Source: Candidatus Methanomethylophilaceae archaeon (GTDB lineage Archaea; Thermoplasmatota; Thermoplasmata; Methanomassiliicoccales; Methanomethylophilaceae). From it: a stretch of 64,000 nt of DNA. Position numbers and translations under genes: made by a program. This document shows, piece by piece, positions 22,346 through 31,960 of the stretch. Where the stretch lies: positions 160,001 through 224,000 of the forward strand of contig CALUHR010000013.1 of the NCBI GenBank assembly GCA_944320495.1, in the 5' to 3' direction. Under the pieces are notes generated by a model that saw only the letters and a list, made by a program, of their open reading frames with translations, ran no database searches and was not told where the DNA came from. Within the stretch, counting starts at the first letter, position 1. Each line of letters begins with the position of its first letter.

Positions 22346-22592
22346 AGTAGGCGCTGCTGGTCTCCTTCTTCTCGGGCTCCTCGGGGGCGGCCTCTAGCTC
22401 GTCCATCACGGAGATGAGCGAGGCGACGACCATCCTCTTCCTCCCGTCGACGTCGAAGACGAGGGCGGTGTCCGACCCTATGACGGACATGCCCCTGTAC
22501 ACCCCCTCGAAGGTCTCCGCCTGGGTGGCGGTGATGCGGTGAACGACGGAATATCTGGAACCGACCGTGACCCTGTACTCCTGCTCCATCAT
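22338..22592 (-). CDS. Small hypothetical protein (84 aa) translationally coupled to elp3
   Basis: MMEQEYRVTVGSRY...SSAYYG; coding-like codon usage; ATGGATGA overlap with elp3. Confidence 0.7.
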   Translation of the reverse strand: MMEQEYRVTVGSRYSVVHRITATQAETFEGVYRGMSVIGSDTALVFDVDGRKRMVVASLISVMDELEAAPEEPEKKETSSAYYG

Positions 22593-22594
22593 GA

Positions 22595-23044
22595 TCACTC
22601 CTTGGAAACTAGGTCCTGGAAGTGGGCGATGGTCTTGCGGTAGTTCTCCATCGCCATGGACACATTGGCCTCGGTGAAGCTCCAGGCCTTGGAGAGGTCG
22701 CCGAACCTTATGCGGTAGCCCTTGCGGACCTGCCCGTCGTACTCGACATCCATGGCTTCCAGGAGGTCCATGGACTTCAGCTTGTTTATGTGGCGGTAGA
22801 TGGTGGGCTTGGTGGTGCCCAGGAGGGCGGCCAGCTCCTCCACCGTCCACGCCTTGGACGGGTGGGCCATGAGATGCTCCATGAAGAGGCGGTAGGGGAC
22901 GCTGTCCCTGATCGTGGTGACCCCCGTCTTCGGGTCGTAGCCCTTCGGCAGGTATCCGATCTGGACCAGGAACGTCTCCGCTACCACGTTGACGTCGTCC
23001 ACGCCGGACATTGGTGTGTTGCTGACGACCTGGAGCTCGAACAA
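22595..23044 (-). CDS. Winged-helix (ArsR-like) transcription regulator
   Basis: WTVEELAALLGTTKPTIYRHINKLKSMDLL. Confidence 0.8.
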   Translation of the reverse strand: MFELQVVSNTPMSGVDDVNVVAETFLVQIGYLPKGYDPKTGVTTIRDSVPYRLFMEHLMAHPSKAWTVEELAALLGTTKPTIYRHINKLKSMDLLEAMDVEYDGQVRKGYRIRFGDLSKAWSFTEANVSMAMENYRKTIAHFQDLVSKE

Positions 23045-23135
23045 ATTATAGCCTCCCTCGTGGCAGAGTTAAGCTAGAACTTAAACTTGATGCCATCCGG
23101 ATGCCTGGGCACCCGGAGGCCCCCGCGAGCGGGTT

Positions 23136-23648
23136 TCAGATCAGGTCCTTGAGCCTGTCGATGGCCTTCAGGATGCTGGCGTAAGGAATCGCGCGGGACA
23201 CCGGGATCGCCAGTATCTTCTCGATGGTGGGCGCCACGATGGGCGCGCACACGACTCCGAGGGCCCCGTCGCGCTCCGCGCGGACGGCTGCGATGATCGC
23301 GTCCTCCACCGTGGAGACGGGGTACTCGCGTATGCTGACCGTGAGGCCGTCCAGGTCTATGGTCTTCGGGAGGTTCTCGACGACCATGTTGCTCGCCACG
23401 ACGGCGATGAAATGGGACTCCTCCGGCTCCATTATGATCTTGAGGGATTTGATCACCTGGCGGACGGTGCGGAGGTTCGGCTCCCTCTTGTCCTCCAGGA
23501 TCTTGTACATCGTGCTCTGGGACACGCCGGAGATCTGGCAGAACTCGTTCAGGGACATGTTGAGCTCGTCCTCCAGGATGCTGCGGAAGGCCTTCTGGAA
23601 GCCTCCCTCCTCCCTCAGCATGCCGCTTATCAGATCAGATACTGTCAT
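23136..23648 (-). CDS. XRE/Cro-type HTH regulator, conserved archaeal
   Basis: MSLNEFCQISGVSQSTMYKILEDKREPNLRT; C-terminal VRAERDGALGVVCAPI. Confidence 0.8.
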   Translation of the reverse strand: MTVSDLISGMLREEGGFQKAFRSILEDELNMSLNEFCQISGVSQSTMYKILEDKREPNLRTVRQVIKSLKIIMEPEESHFIAVVASNMVVENLPKTIDLDGLTVSIREYPVSTVEDAIIAAVRAERDGALGVVCAPIVAPTIEKILAIPVSRAIPYASILKAIDRLKDLI

Positions 23649-24535
23649 CCCTTGGCCCCCTTGGCGAAGTCCGCGGCCTCCATGCCGGCGACACAGCCCT
23701 GGCCGACCGCCTTGGCGACCTGCCACGGCCTCCCGGTGACGTCCCCGCAGGCGAAGAGCCCGGGGACCCCCGCCACGCGGCAGGACGCATCGACCTTCAG
23801 GGTGTCGTCGATCTCGGGCATCGCGCCGAGGTCTAGCGCTATGTCCGCGGCCGACCTGGCGCCCAGCTCTATGAAGGCACCGTCCGTCGGGATCACTGTG
23901 CCGTCCTCCAGCGTCACTGACTCCACCCTCCCGTCCCCGTCTATGGAGACGGGCCTGGACCCGTGGACGATTGCGCCGGCCCCTTCCGCTCTCTTTGACG
24001 CGGCCTCGGTGGCCTTCAGGTCCCAGCGGACCCAGTGGGTCTCCGATGCGTACCCGGTCATGAGCTCGGCCGCGGCCGCGGCCTCGGAATCGTTGCCGAT
24101 GACGACGACGCGCCGTCCGCGGTAGAAGTTGCAGTCGCAGACCGCGCAGTAGCTGACGCCCTTGCCGAAGAGCTCCTTCTCGCCGGGAACGCCCAGCTTC
24201 AGGCGGGAGACCCCGGTGGCTATGACCACGGCCTTCGCCCTGACGGAGTCGCCGCCCTCCAGGCCGAGGACGAAAACACCGCCCTCGACGGATGCGGAAC
24301 CGACGTTCTCGGCCACGAACACCGCGCCGGTGGCCTCCGCCTGCTCCCTGCCGCGCTCCAGGAGGATGTCTCCGGACACGGGGCCGGCGCCGAAGTAGTT
24401 CTCCAGCTCGGTGCCGCTGATCGCGCTGCCCCCGGAGCGTCCGAGGACGACCGTCCTCGCCTTCTTCCTCGAGGACTGGATGGCCGCCTGGATGCCGGCG
24501 GGGCCGGCGCCTATGATCGCTACGTCGGCGTCCAT
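23645..24535 (-). CDS. trxB: Thioredoxin reductase
   Basis: IIGAGPAG, IATG, GVSYCAVCD, GLFACGDVTG. Confidence 0.9.
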   Translation of the reverse strand: MDADVAIIGAGPAGIQAAIQSSRKKARTVVLGRSGGSAISGTELENYFGAGPVSGDILLERGREQAEATGAVFVAENVGSASVEGGVFVLGLEGGDSVRAKAVVIATGVSRLKLGVPGEKELFGKGVSYCAVCDCNFYRGRRVVVIGNDSEAAAAAELMTGYASETHWVRWDLKATEAASKRAEGAGAIVHGSRPVSIDGDGRVESVTLEDGTVIPTDGAFIELGARSAADIALDLGAMPEIDDTLKVDASCRVAGVPGLFACGDVTGRPWQVAKAVGQGCVAGMEAADFAKGAKG

Positions 24536-24846
24536 CAGAGGGAGCTCACGTAGGAGACGAGGTCTTCCTTGGGCCTCAGACCGACGAGCGCGTCCACGAG
24601 GACCCTGTCCTTGAAGACCAGGAGCGTGGGGATGGCGTTGATGTTGAACCTGATGGCAATGGCCTGGTTGTCGTCGGTGTTGAGCTTGGCGAACGCGGCC
24701 TTGCCCTCGAGCTCAGCGGCAGCCTCGTCGACTATGGGGCCCATACGCCTGCAGGGTCCGCACCAGGGGGCCCAGCAGTCGATAACCGCGATGTGGTTGG
24801 ACTCCACGAAGGAGTCGAAATTAGTCTCGTTGAGTTCGGTCACCAT
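24535..24846 (-). CDS. trxA: Thioredoxin
   Basis: WAPWCGPC, IPTLLVFK; TGATG overlap with trxB. Confidence 0.93.
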   Translation of the reverse strand: MVTELNETNFDSFVESNHIAVIDCWAPWCGPCRRMGPIVDEAAAELEGKAAFAKLNTDDNQAIAIRFNINAIPTLLVFKDRVLVDALVGLRPKEDLVSYVSSL

Positions 24847-24897
24847 TGAATGAACACCGGGCACCGTATGGGCCCGGCTTGTATTTTAGAGAATGGT

Positions 24898-25479
24898 TCG
24901 GAGGATGTGCGTGCGCCTGGCGAGCTCCAGGTCCGGCATCTCCCCGATCCTGCGGGGGATGACGTCGAGGTTCTCGCCGTACAGCTCGGAGAGCTCCCAG
25001 TGAAGGGCCTCGACCCTGTCCGCGCCGCGGTCGGCGCCCTTGGAGCGGAGCTTCGACACGGAGTGCTCGTGGGAGACCACGCGGTTGTCGCTCACCATGT
25101 TGTCCGCATGGGCGACGATCTTCTCCTCGATGGTCCGGGGCATGTAGTCCGCCGGCGGGAGGCCCATCTCCGCCACGTCCTCGTCGTCCAGACCGGCGCC
25201 CGTGTGCTTGCGGACGATGTCCACCAGCGCGGGCGACAGCCCGTGCGCGGCGACGATCTGGGAGCCTATGTACGCGTGCATTATCGAATGGTCCACGGAG
25301 CGTCCGATGTCGTGGAGCAACGCCCCTGCCGTCACCAGGGCCCTGTCGGCGTCGATGCGCGTGAGCATCTCCTGCGCCACGGCGTTCACCGTGCAGCAGT
25401 GGATGATGACCCTGCGCTTGCATCCGGCGTCCTTCAGGAGCTCGATGCACTCCGCATCGCTGGGGATCGTGCTCGACAA
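24898..25479 (-). CDS. HD/HDIG domain protein
   Basis: IIHC, GALLHDIGR, HTGAG, EEKIVAHADN; TTG start; CGA at 24898-24900; standard stop at 24886. Confidence 0.85.
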
Positions 25480-25987
25480 CGGTCTTCCCCCTCTCGTTCG
25501 GGACCACCTCGAGGTGGCCCCCGCGGTCCTCGTAGAGGGCCTTCCCCTCTGTGAAGCGGTCCAGGAAGATTGCCAGCGCCGCTATCTCCGAGTGCGGCTG
25601 GTTGCCCACGGAGACGTTGAAATCCGCGCGCTGGTACACCTCGGCGGGCACCTTCTCGGCACCCACGACTATGAGTATGTCCTCGTCCCGCGGGATCTTG
25701 GGCAACGCCTCGTCGACCCTCTGCCCGTACATGGTCAGATGGACGACCTTCCCGGGGAAGTCCTTGATCTCCTGCTTCCAGGAGACCCCGGTCTTTATGG
25801 TGTAGTCCCCGCCGAACCTCTCCACGACGCTGCGGATGTTCTCCTCCAGCACCGGGTCCTCCGTGTCCACGAATATGCCTTTGGCACCGAGTGCGCGGGA
25901 GCTCAGGGCCACATGGGTGGTGACCCTCTTGTCCCGCTCCGGACGGTGGCCGATCCTCATTATCCAGATTCCGGCCAAATCCGTCAC
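25457..25987 (-). CDS. trm56: tRNA (cytidine-56-2'-O)-methyltransferase
   Basis: RIGHRPERDKRVTTHVAL, VHLTMYG, VVGAEKVP, NQPHSEIAALAIFLD; CGA at 25457-25459 gives 176 aa; standard code runs 212 further codons to 24821. Confidence 0.93.
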
Positions 25988-26484
25988 TCTTCGCGAATGA
26001 GTTCGATCCTGTGCCCGCGGTAGTCCATCTTCACGGACCTGCGCACCAGGCTCTTCAGCATGGTGGACGAGAGACCGAGCGCCTCGGCGACATCTCCGGA
26101 GAACCTTCCCTCCTTGCCGACCTCGGCGAGGATCTTCTCCTCGATGGCTGAATACTCCTCGTCGCTCATCATGGCTGCCGTGAGGACGTCACTGATCTCG
26201 TAAACGGGCCACTGGGCGTTGATGCTGAAAGACGTGTAGTAGGTGTGGTAGGACTTCTCGGGATATCCTCCGTCCTTGGAGAGCCAGCGCGTCTCGACCA
26301 GCTTCATCTTCTCGAAGAAGATGATTGCATCCCTGCCCTCGGGACCGAACTTGGCCTCGATCTCGTCGGCAGTCCTCCATTCCAAGGTCACCTCTTTCAG
26401 AACGTCCCTTTTCACGGGAGTATCAACGGACCTCAGCATCGGGACCAACTCCGACGGCTCGTTGATGACCTTGATCCTGTTCAT
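25984..26484 (-). CDS. Conserved archaeal ArsR-like HTH protein
   Basis: MNRIKVINEPSELVPML...YHTYYTSF...STMLKSLVRRS; GTGA overlap with trm56. Confidence 0.7.
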   Translation of the reverse strand: MNRIKVINEPSELVPMLRSVDTPVKRDVLKEVTLEWRTADEIEAKFGPEGRDAIIFFEKMKLVETRWLSKDGGYPEKSYHTYYTSFSINAQWPVYEISDVLTAAMMSDEEYSAIEEKILAEVGKEGRFSGDVAEALGLSSTMLKSLVRRSVKMDYRGHRIELIREE

Positions 26485-26679
26485 GAACAGACTGGATGCG
26501 GTCGTAGGTATATAATGGTTCAACGATTCGCAGGTATATGATATTTAAATCATGAATTATCGATTGCATATTTGATGCTATATTATCAACATAATTGAAC
26601 ATAATGGTCCATGTAAACGGGCATCCAGCACCGTGCCGCTGTAATAAGGTTTAATACGGACGCCCCCAATCCGCGCACA

Positions 26680-26847
26680 ATGAAAGCAGAGAAACAGCCC
26701 GAACTGGTCTGGCAGTGCCTGAACTGCTACAGGACCTACAAGGGCCCCGACGCGCAGCAGAAGGCTCTCGACTGCTGTGGCTCCGTCACTCAGGGCTGGT
26801 GGGCCAACTACAACAAGTGGGGCAAGCAGAAGTGGTACGGCCGCTGA
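26680..26847 (+). CDS. Small 55-aa Cys/Trp-rich protein (absent from ORF track)
   Basis: MKAEKQPELVWQCLNCYRTYKGPDAQQKALDCCGSVTQGWWANYNKWGKQKWYGR; optimal codons; AT-rich promoter-like TAATAAGGTTTAATA about 25-38 nt upstream. Confidence 0.7.
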   Translation: MKAEKQPELVWQCLNCYRTYKGPDAQQKALDCCGSVTQGWWANYNKWGKQKWYGR

Positions 26848-26900
26848 TCGGCCCCCAGAAACCCCTTACCGTTCTCATTTTCCTATAGGAGTGTGCGCGA

Positions 26901-27209
26901 TTGACCGAACCCAAGGACCCGGTCGAATCTGTCAACGACGACCTTGAGCTTCTCGAGAGGCACATCTCCATACTTCGGACCGTCCGTGACAACCAGCCCG
27001 TCGGGCTGATACGCCTGTCGGAGATGACCGGCATACCGAAGCACCGCGTCAGGTACTCGCTCAAGATCATGGAGCAGCAGGGCATCATCATCGCCACCCC
27101 CGAGGGCGCCATGGTCTCCGACGGCTACGACGCATTCATGGCCTCCATGGCCGAATCCGTGAAGAGGCTGGCCGAGAAAGTCTGCCTTCTGAGGGATGCT
27201 CTCCGCTGA
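26901..27209 (+). CDS. Winged-helix DNA-binding protein
   Basis: TTG start; PVGLIRLSEMTGIPKHRVRYSLKIMEQQGII. Confidence 0.78.
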   Translation: MTEPKDPVESVNDDLELLERHISILRTVRDNQPVGLIRLSEMTGIPKHRVRYSLKIMEQQGIIIATPEGAMVSDGYDAFMASMAESVKRLAEKVCLLRDALR

Positions 27210-27303
27210 ACCTGGACTCCATCGGCTGCCCACAGTGCGGGCACATGGAGAACGGCATTATGTCCGATATCTCCGCGCCGCAGAACTCGCACCTGTCGCT
27301 CAT
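27136..27303 (-). CDS. Small zinc-ribbon protein
   Basis: MSDRCEFCGAE...MCPHCGQPM (two CxxC); 3' end overlaps the convergent gene by 74 nt, so the true end is uncertain. Confidence 0.55.
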   Translation of the reverse strand: MSDRCEFCGAEISDIMPFSMCPHCGQPMESRFSGEHPSEGRLSRPASSRIRPWRP

Positions 27304-27823
27304 CGCCCCTCCTCCCGAACACGCTGACGAAGCGCTCCGCACATCCTGGATCCGCCGGGACGGCGGACCTGAAGCGGATCGTGTCCAGCGCCTCCACATA
27401 GTACGGCCGGAGATCCGCGCTGGCACTGACCCTCGGTCCCATGGGCCCGCGCTCCGACAGCACCTAGAAGAACCCGTCGGTGGCCATGCCGCGGGGCGTC
27501 CCGTGCCCGCGCATGAAGGCCATGACCTGCCGCAGGGGATCGTCCACGGGACGGTTCATCGGGACCATCGCGAGGATCGTGCCATCGTATCCGCCCAGAC
27601 CGTCGAGGCAGTACTCCGGGTCGCCGTAGCCGATTCCGCGCATCACCGGCATCACCAGCGTGCGCTTGGTCAGCTCGTACGGGGACTCGAACCCGGCCAG
27701 CCCCTTGAAGCCGGGAGTGAAACGGCCGGACACGGCCGCCCCGCACATCCTGACGCCCATGGAGCGGTCCAGCTCGCGCACCGCACCCATGCACACCTCC
27801 GACAGTGGATTCCCGTGGATCAT
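27296..27823 (-). CDS. Hypothetical protein with in-frame TAG at 27464-27466 (candidate pyrrolysine), ending at CGA
   Basis: 119 codons, TAG, then 55 more in-frame codons (ATDGFF-TAG-VLSERG...DLRPYYVEALD), then CGA at 27296-27298 overlapping the next ATG. Confidence 0.6.
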
Positions 27824-27928
27824 GCCTCTTCGACCCCGCAGGGGTTCATAAGCCGAAGGGGGTGGGTGCGCCGAATGCCATTCTTAAGGAGGAGAGAGCC
27901 AGCATCCGTGTTCCCCACCGTACTGTGA

Positions 27929-28221
27929 ATGGAACATTTGAATGAGCACACGAGCCTGCAGCATGAGGAGATCGATGCGGCGATCGTATCCTCGGATGGC
28001 AATGCGGGGATGTTCGTGGAATGCGGATACCGCGGCGAGACGACCGGTGCCGACGTGCTGAGGATCTCATTCGCAAATCCGAACCGATCGGCATGGGAGA
28101 TCGCAGATGCTGCGTCATGTCCGAATCAGGATTCTCACCGGGACTCGAGGACGAAGCGAGGAGGAGCGGCGCGATGCTCTTGACACTTGAGTACCTGGAT
28201 CCTCCGGAGTATGACGTCTAA
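27929..28221 (+). pseudogene. Frameshifted fragment resembling the C-terminal DUF234/PD-(D/E)xK domain of archaeal AAA ATPases
   Basis: EIDAAIV..MFVECGY..ADVL in one frame continues as DLIRKSE..CVMSESGF..LLTL after a frameshift near 28070; parallels EVDVLA..AECKY..LFSVSGF..VLVD of the 62451-63818 ATPase. Confidence 0.55.
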
Positions 28222-28272
28222 GCCCTTTTATATAGCGTCAAAAATCGTTCGGACATCCAGGAGACCGTACCC

Positions 28273-29037
28273 ATGACCGGAACCTGCACCATCGTGATCC
28301 CGACGTACAACGAGGAGCGGAACATAGCGAACATAGCCAGGGCCATACGCGAGGCGTACCCCGACTACAGGATCCTCTTCATGGACGACAACTCCACGGA
28401 CAGGAGCCGCCAGGAGGTCGAGGCCCTGAACGACCCGCTCGTGACGTTCTACGTCCGCGACCCGGATGCCAGGGGGCTCGGTGCGTCCGTCCTCCAGGGT
28501 TTCGCGCTGGCGCAGACCGACTACGCCATGTGCATGGACTGCGACTTCCAGCACCCTGTGTCCGCGCTCGGAGGCCTCGTCGCCGAGATGGACAAGGGCG
28601 CTGACATCTGCGTCGGGCAGAGGAACAGCAGGATGTCCATGGGTTTCAAGAGGGCCATGGGGTCCGAGGTCGTCGAGGCGTTCTGCAAGGTCCAGTTCTG
28701 GGTGCACGGGAAGCAGACCACCAAGGACATGATGAGCGGGCTGTTCGCGCTCAGGTGCGATGTGTTCAGGCCAATCATCGAGAACAACTGGGACCAGTTC
28801 GAGCTCCGCGGATGGAAGGTCCTGATGGACCTGCTCAAGTTCGCCGACCGCAGGATGAGCGTCTCCTACTACAGATACGACTTCGGCACCCGCGCGGAGG
28901 GCGAGTCCCACCTCAACCCGAAGGTCCCGATCATGACCTTCCACCAGCTCTGGGGGTTCGGGAAGTGGTGCGCCAGGGTCGTCGCCAAGATCTACGGCGT
29001 GGACTACTACGAGATGTACCCCGCCGAGAGGAGACGA
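28273..29037 (+). CDS. GT2 polyprenol-phosphate mannosyltransferase-like glycosyltransferase
   Basis: IPTYNEERNI, DDNSTD, MDCDFQHP, RAEGESHL; CGA at 29035-29037 shares its A with the next ATG; standard stop at 29052. Confidence 0.9.
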
Positions 29038-29801
29038 TGTTCGCCGATGTGAACGGCATATCCCTCCGCTACGAGGTGAGGGGTTCCGGGGAGCCCGTGG
29101 TGCTCCTCGGGGGATTCGGCGCGAACGCGGGGTTCTGGGAGCCGATGCTCGGGGATCTGGACGGCTTCCGCATCATCACCATGGACAACCGCGGGGTCGG
29201 GAGCACGCGGTACGACGGAGAATTCTCGATATCCGACATGGCGGACGACGTCGACGCGCTCCTTGAACGTCTCGATGTCGGGGATGCGCACATTCTCGGA
29301 TGGTCCATGGGGTCCCAGATCGCCCAGTGCATAGCGGTACGGCATCCGGACAGGGTGAGGACGCTGACGCTCGTTTCCTCGTATCTCGGATTCCCCGCGA
29401 GGGCGGATTACATCCTCCTCGGTCTGACTCGCATGGCGCTCGAGGGCACGGCGCCGGAGGACTGCCTGGCGATGGCCGTGAACGCCCTGTGTCTCCCGGA
29501 GTCTACGTTCGAGGAGCTGAGGCGGAAGGGACTGGAGATGCCCGTGCCCGAGGACATGGAAGGCCCCGAGGGACTGATGGACCAGCTGGACGCCATGAGG
29601 GCGTACTCCGGCGAGGGACTGGAGAGCATCTCCATCCCCGCACTCGTGATCCATGGGAGAAGGGACGCCATGATCGAACCGGACAACGGCGCGGCGGTGG
29701 CGTCGAGGATCCGCGGGAGCGAGCTCCTCATGGTGGATGCGGGCCACAGCGTCCCGTTCGGGATGTACCGCGACAGGTTCCTGGGATTCATCGGCCAGCG
29801 A
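29037..29801 (+). CDS. Alpha/beta hydrolase
   Basis: DNRGVG, GWSMGS nucleophile elbow, HGRRD, AGHSV; CGA at 29799-29801; standard stop at 29933. Confidence 0.88.
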
Positions 29802-29805
29802 CGGT

Positions 29806-30222
29806 TCGGAGCCTCTTCCGCATCATCACGTGCGGACAGTACTCGTCGAGGTACTCGTCGCCGAACGCCTCGTACCCCAGCGTTTCGTAGAACCCCTTTG
29901 CGCGGACCTGAGCGGAGAGCAGCGATTCCCTGAACCCCATGGACCGGGCCACGTCCTCGGCCTCGGTCACCACCGCAGAGCCTATGCCCCTGCCGCGGTA
30001 CTCCCTGACCACGGCGATCCTGCCTATGTGGCATTCGCCGCCCTCTCCGGGGATGATGCGGCAGACAGCGACGGGGACGTCTCCGTCATAGAGTACGATG
30101 TGCTTCGAGATCGCGTCGTCATCGTCGAACTCGACCACGAAGCCCTGCTCCTCGACGAATACGTCGGTGCGTATGCGGACCTCGTCGTCGGAGATCGAAT
30201 CGGACACGACCGGGCGGAGCAT
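29806..30222 (-). CDS. GNAT N-acetyltransferase (ElaA/YjcF-like)
   Basis: IRTDVFVEEQG, IGRIAVVREYRGRGIG, AQVRAKGFYETLGY, HVMMRKRL then CGA at 29806-29808; standard stop at 29788. Confidence 0.9.
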
Positions 30223-30344
30223 CGCAGGGGCCTCCTCGCCATGATGCGTGGTTGTCCGTCCTCGGGGTGCTCCTCCTCGAACACCGCCCCGCGCGTGGCT
30301 TCGGAATCCGGAGTTGTGGCAGAAGGCGTCTCGAAACGGAACAT
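30222..30344 (-). CDS. Possible 40-aa ORF ending in a CGATG overlap with the GNAT start
   Basis: MFRFETPSATTPDSEATRGAVFEEEHPEDGQPRIMARRPL-CGA; no recognised motif. Confidence 0.25.
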
Positions 30345-30484
30345 GGAATCACAGAATCAGGGGTATGAAGGTGGGCCCGCCCAGATTTGAACTGGAGTTA
30401 CGTGCACCCCAAGCACGAAGGATACCAAGCTACCCCACGGGCCCACTGAAAGGGTGGAACGGGTTTTGAATTAAAAGGTTATGC

Positions 30485-30502
30485 CTCGGGCCGGAGCCCG
30501 AG
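30485..30502 (-). terminator. Hairpin after rpoN
   Basis: CTCGGGC-CGGA-GCCCGAG; on the minus strand it is followed by ATAACCTTTT. Confidence 0.5.
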
Positions 30503-30512
30503 GGAGGGGAGA

Positions 30513-30704
30513 TCATCCCAGAGGGGCGATCTCCTTGATGAGGTCGGCATGTGAGACGATCATCCTGCGGCAGCAGTACCTCTCGAATCCGAGGTCGTCG
30601 AGGACGGCTTTCGGATCCTCGCCCTGCCTGACGCGCTCTATGTAGACGGGGTAGGCGGAGCCTACGACCTTTCCGCATGTAAAGCACCTGACCGGTATTA
30701 TCAT
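30513..30704 (-). CDS. rpoN: RNA polymerase subunit N (Rpo10)
   Basis: [12 protein letters not shown]...RYCCRRM. Confidence 0.97.
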   Translation of the reverse strand: MIIPVRCFTCGKVVGSAYPVYIERVRQGEDPKAVLDDLGFERYCCRRMIVSHADLIKEIAPLG

Positions 30705-30716
30705 GCCACCATCTCC

Positions 30717-31118
30717 TCAACGGTAGGACTTCTGCTTCTTGGCGCGGGCGCCGGGACCCATGGGGTTCTTGGGCAGCTTCCTCCTGTCGTCGTTAATCAG
30801 GAGGGTCCTGTCGTAGGCCCTGAAGATCGCCTCGAGCTCGTCGTCCTTGTAGAAGTCGACGAGGCCCCTGGCGATGGCGGTCCTGGCTGCTGCTGCCTGG
30901 CCCATGACTCCGCCGCCGTTGACGGTGACGGAGATGTCGACCTTCTCGGCCCTCTCGGGAACGAGTCCCAGAGGCTCCTCGATCTTGAGCCTGGCCAGCT
31001 CGGGGGTGAAGACCTCGATGGGGACCTTGTTGATGGTCACCCTGCCGGTGCCCTCCTTGACGACGGCCCTTGCGATGGCGGTCTTCCTCTTTCCGCTAGT
31101 GTTCACGCAGTCAACCAT
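30717..31118 (-). CDS. rps9: 30S ribosomal protein S9
   Basis: GKRKTAIAR, GGGVMGQAAAARTAIA, GARAKKQKSYR. Confidence 0.97.
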   Translation of the reverse strand: MVDCVNTSGKRKTAIARAVVKEGTGRVTINKVPIEVFTPELARLKIEEPLGLVPERAEKVDISVTVNGGGVMGQAAAARTAIARGLVDFYKDDELEAIFRAYDRTLLINDDRRKLPKNPMGPGARAKKQKSYR

Positions 31119-31122
31119 GGGA

Positions 31123-31548
31123 TCATCTCACGTTGGAACCCAGGAATTTGGAAACGGCTCCCAGGGTCGTGTACTTGCCGGTGATCTTCCTGCAGGCGTC
31201 CGTGGGCCTCTCCTTCTCGCAGTCCTGGAACTGCTTGGGGGTGCCGACGAACACGTGGAGCCTCCTGTAGGCCTCCCTGCCGGAGGTGGTGTTCCAGGGG
31301 ATCATTCCCCTGACGCACCTCTTGAACAGGAGATCCGCCCTGCGGGGGTAGAAGGGTCCCTTCCTCTTGGTGGTGTCTCCGCGGTCGACCTTGGCCTTGT
31401 ACGCGGCGAACACCTTGTCCTTGACGCCGGTGATGACGATGGCCTCGGCGTTCAGGACGACGATCTCCTCGCCATCCATGATCCTCTCGGCGACCACGCT
31501 GGCCAGCCTTCCGTGGATCAGGTTCCTTCCGTCGATTACTGTAACCAT
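31123..31548 (-). CDS. rpl13: 50S ribosomal protein L13
   Basis: IDGRNLIHGRLAS, VLNAE, GPFYPRR. Confidence 0.96.
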   Translation of the reverse strand: MVTVIDGRNLIHGRLASVVAERIMDGEEIVVLNAEAIVITGVKDKVFAAYKAKVDRGDTTKRKGPFYPRRADLLFKRCVRGMIPWNTTSGREAYRRLHVFVGTPKQFQDCEKERPTDACRKITGKYTTLGAVSKFLGSNVR

Positions 31549-31553
31549 TCGAA

Positions 31554-31913
31554 TCACCTCATGATCCTGACGCCGGTTCCCTTGGGGTTGGCCTCGGCCA
31601 GCTCCTCGATGGTCAGCGTCTTTCCGCCCGCGGCCTCGATGGCCTTGGCTGCAGCGTCCGAGAAGTCGTACGCGGCGACGGTGATCTTCTTGCTAATCGT
31701 GCCTGCGGCGAGAACTTTGCCCGGAACGAGGATGGTCTCCCCGTCCTGTGCATACCTCTCAAGTTTGCTGAGGTTCGCTTCGGCCCAGTTCCTCTTGGGT
31801 TTCTCGAGCCGGAGCGCTACATCTCGCCAGATGGCAGCTTCAGTCTCCCTCGTCTTCGCCTTGAGGTTGTCGATCAGGGCGATGAGCTGAGGATTAGTCT
31901 TAAAGCTCCTCAT
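31554..31913 (-). CDS. rpl18e: 50S ribosomal protein L18e
   Basis: KTNP, VPGKVL, KITVAAYDFS.AA..I..AGG. Confidence 0.96.
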   Translation of the reverse strand: MRSFKTNPQLIALIDNLKAKTRETEAAIWRDVALRLEKPKRNWAEANLSKLERYAQDGETILVPGKVLAAGTISKKITVAAYDFSDAAAKAIEAAGGKTLTIEELAEANPKGTGVRIMR

Positions 31914-31960
31914 ATTTCTGACTCTCCCGATGTCTCGGTAATTCGCGCGTATACGGGAGT

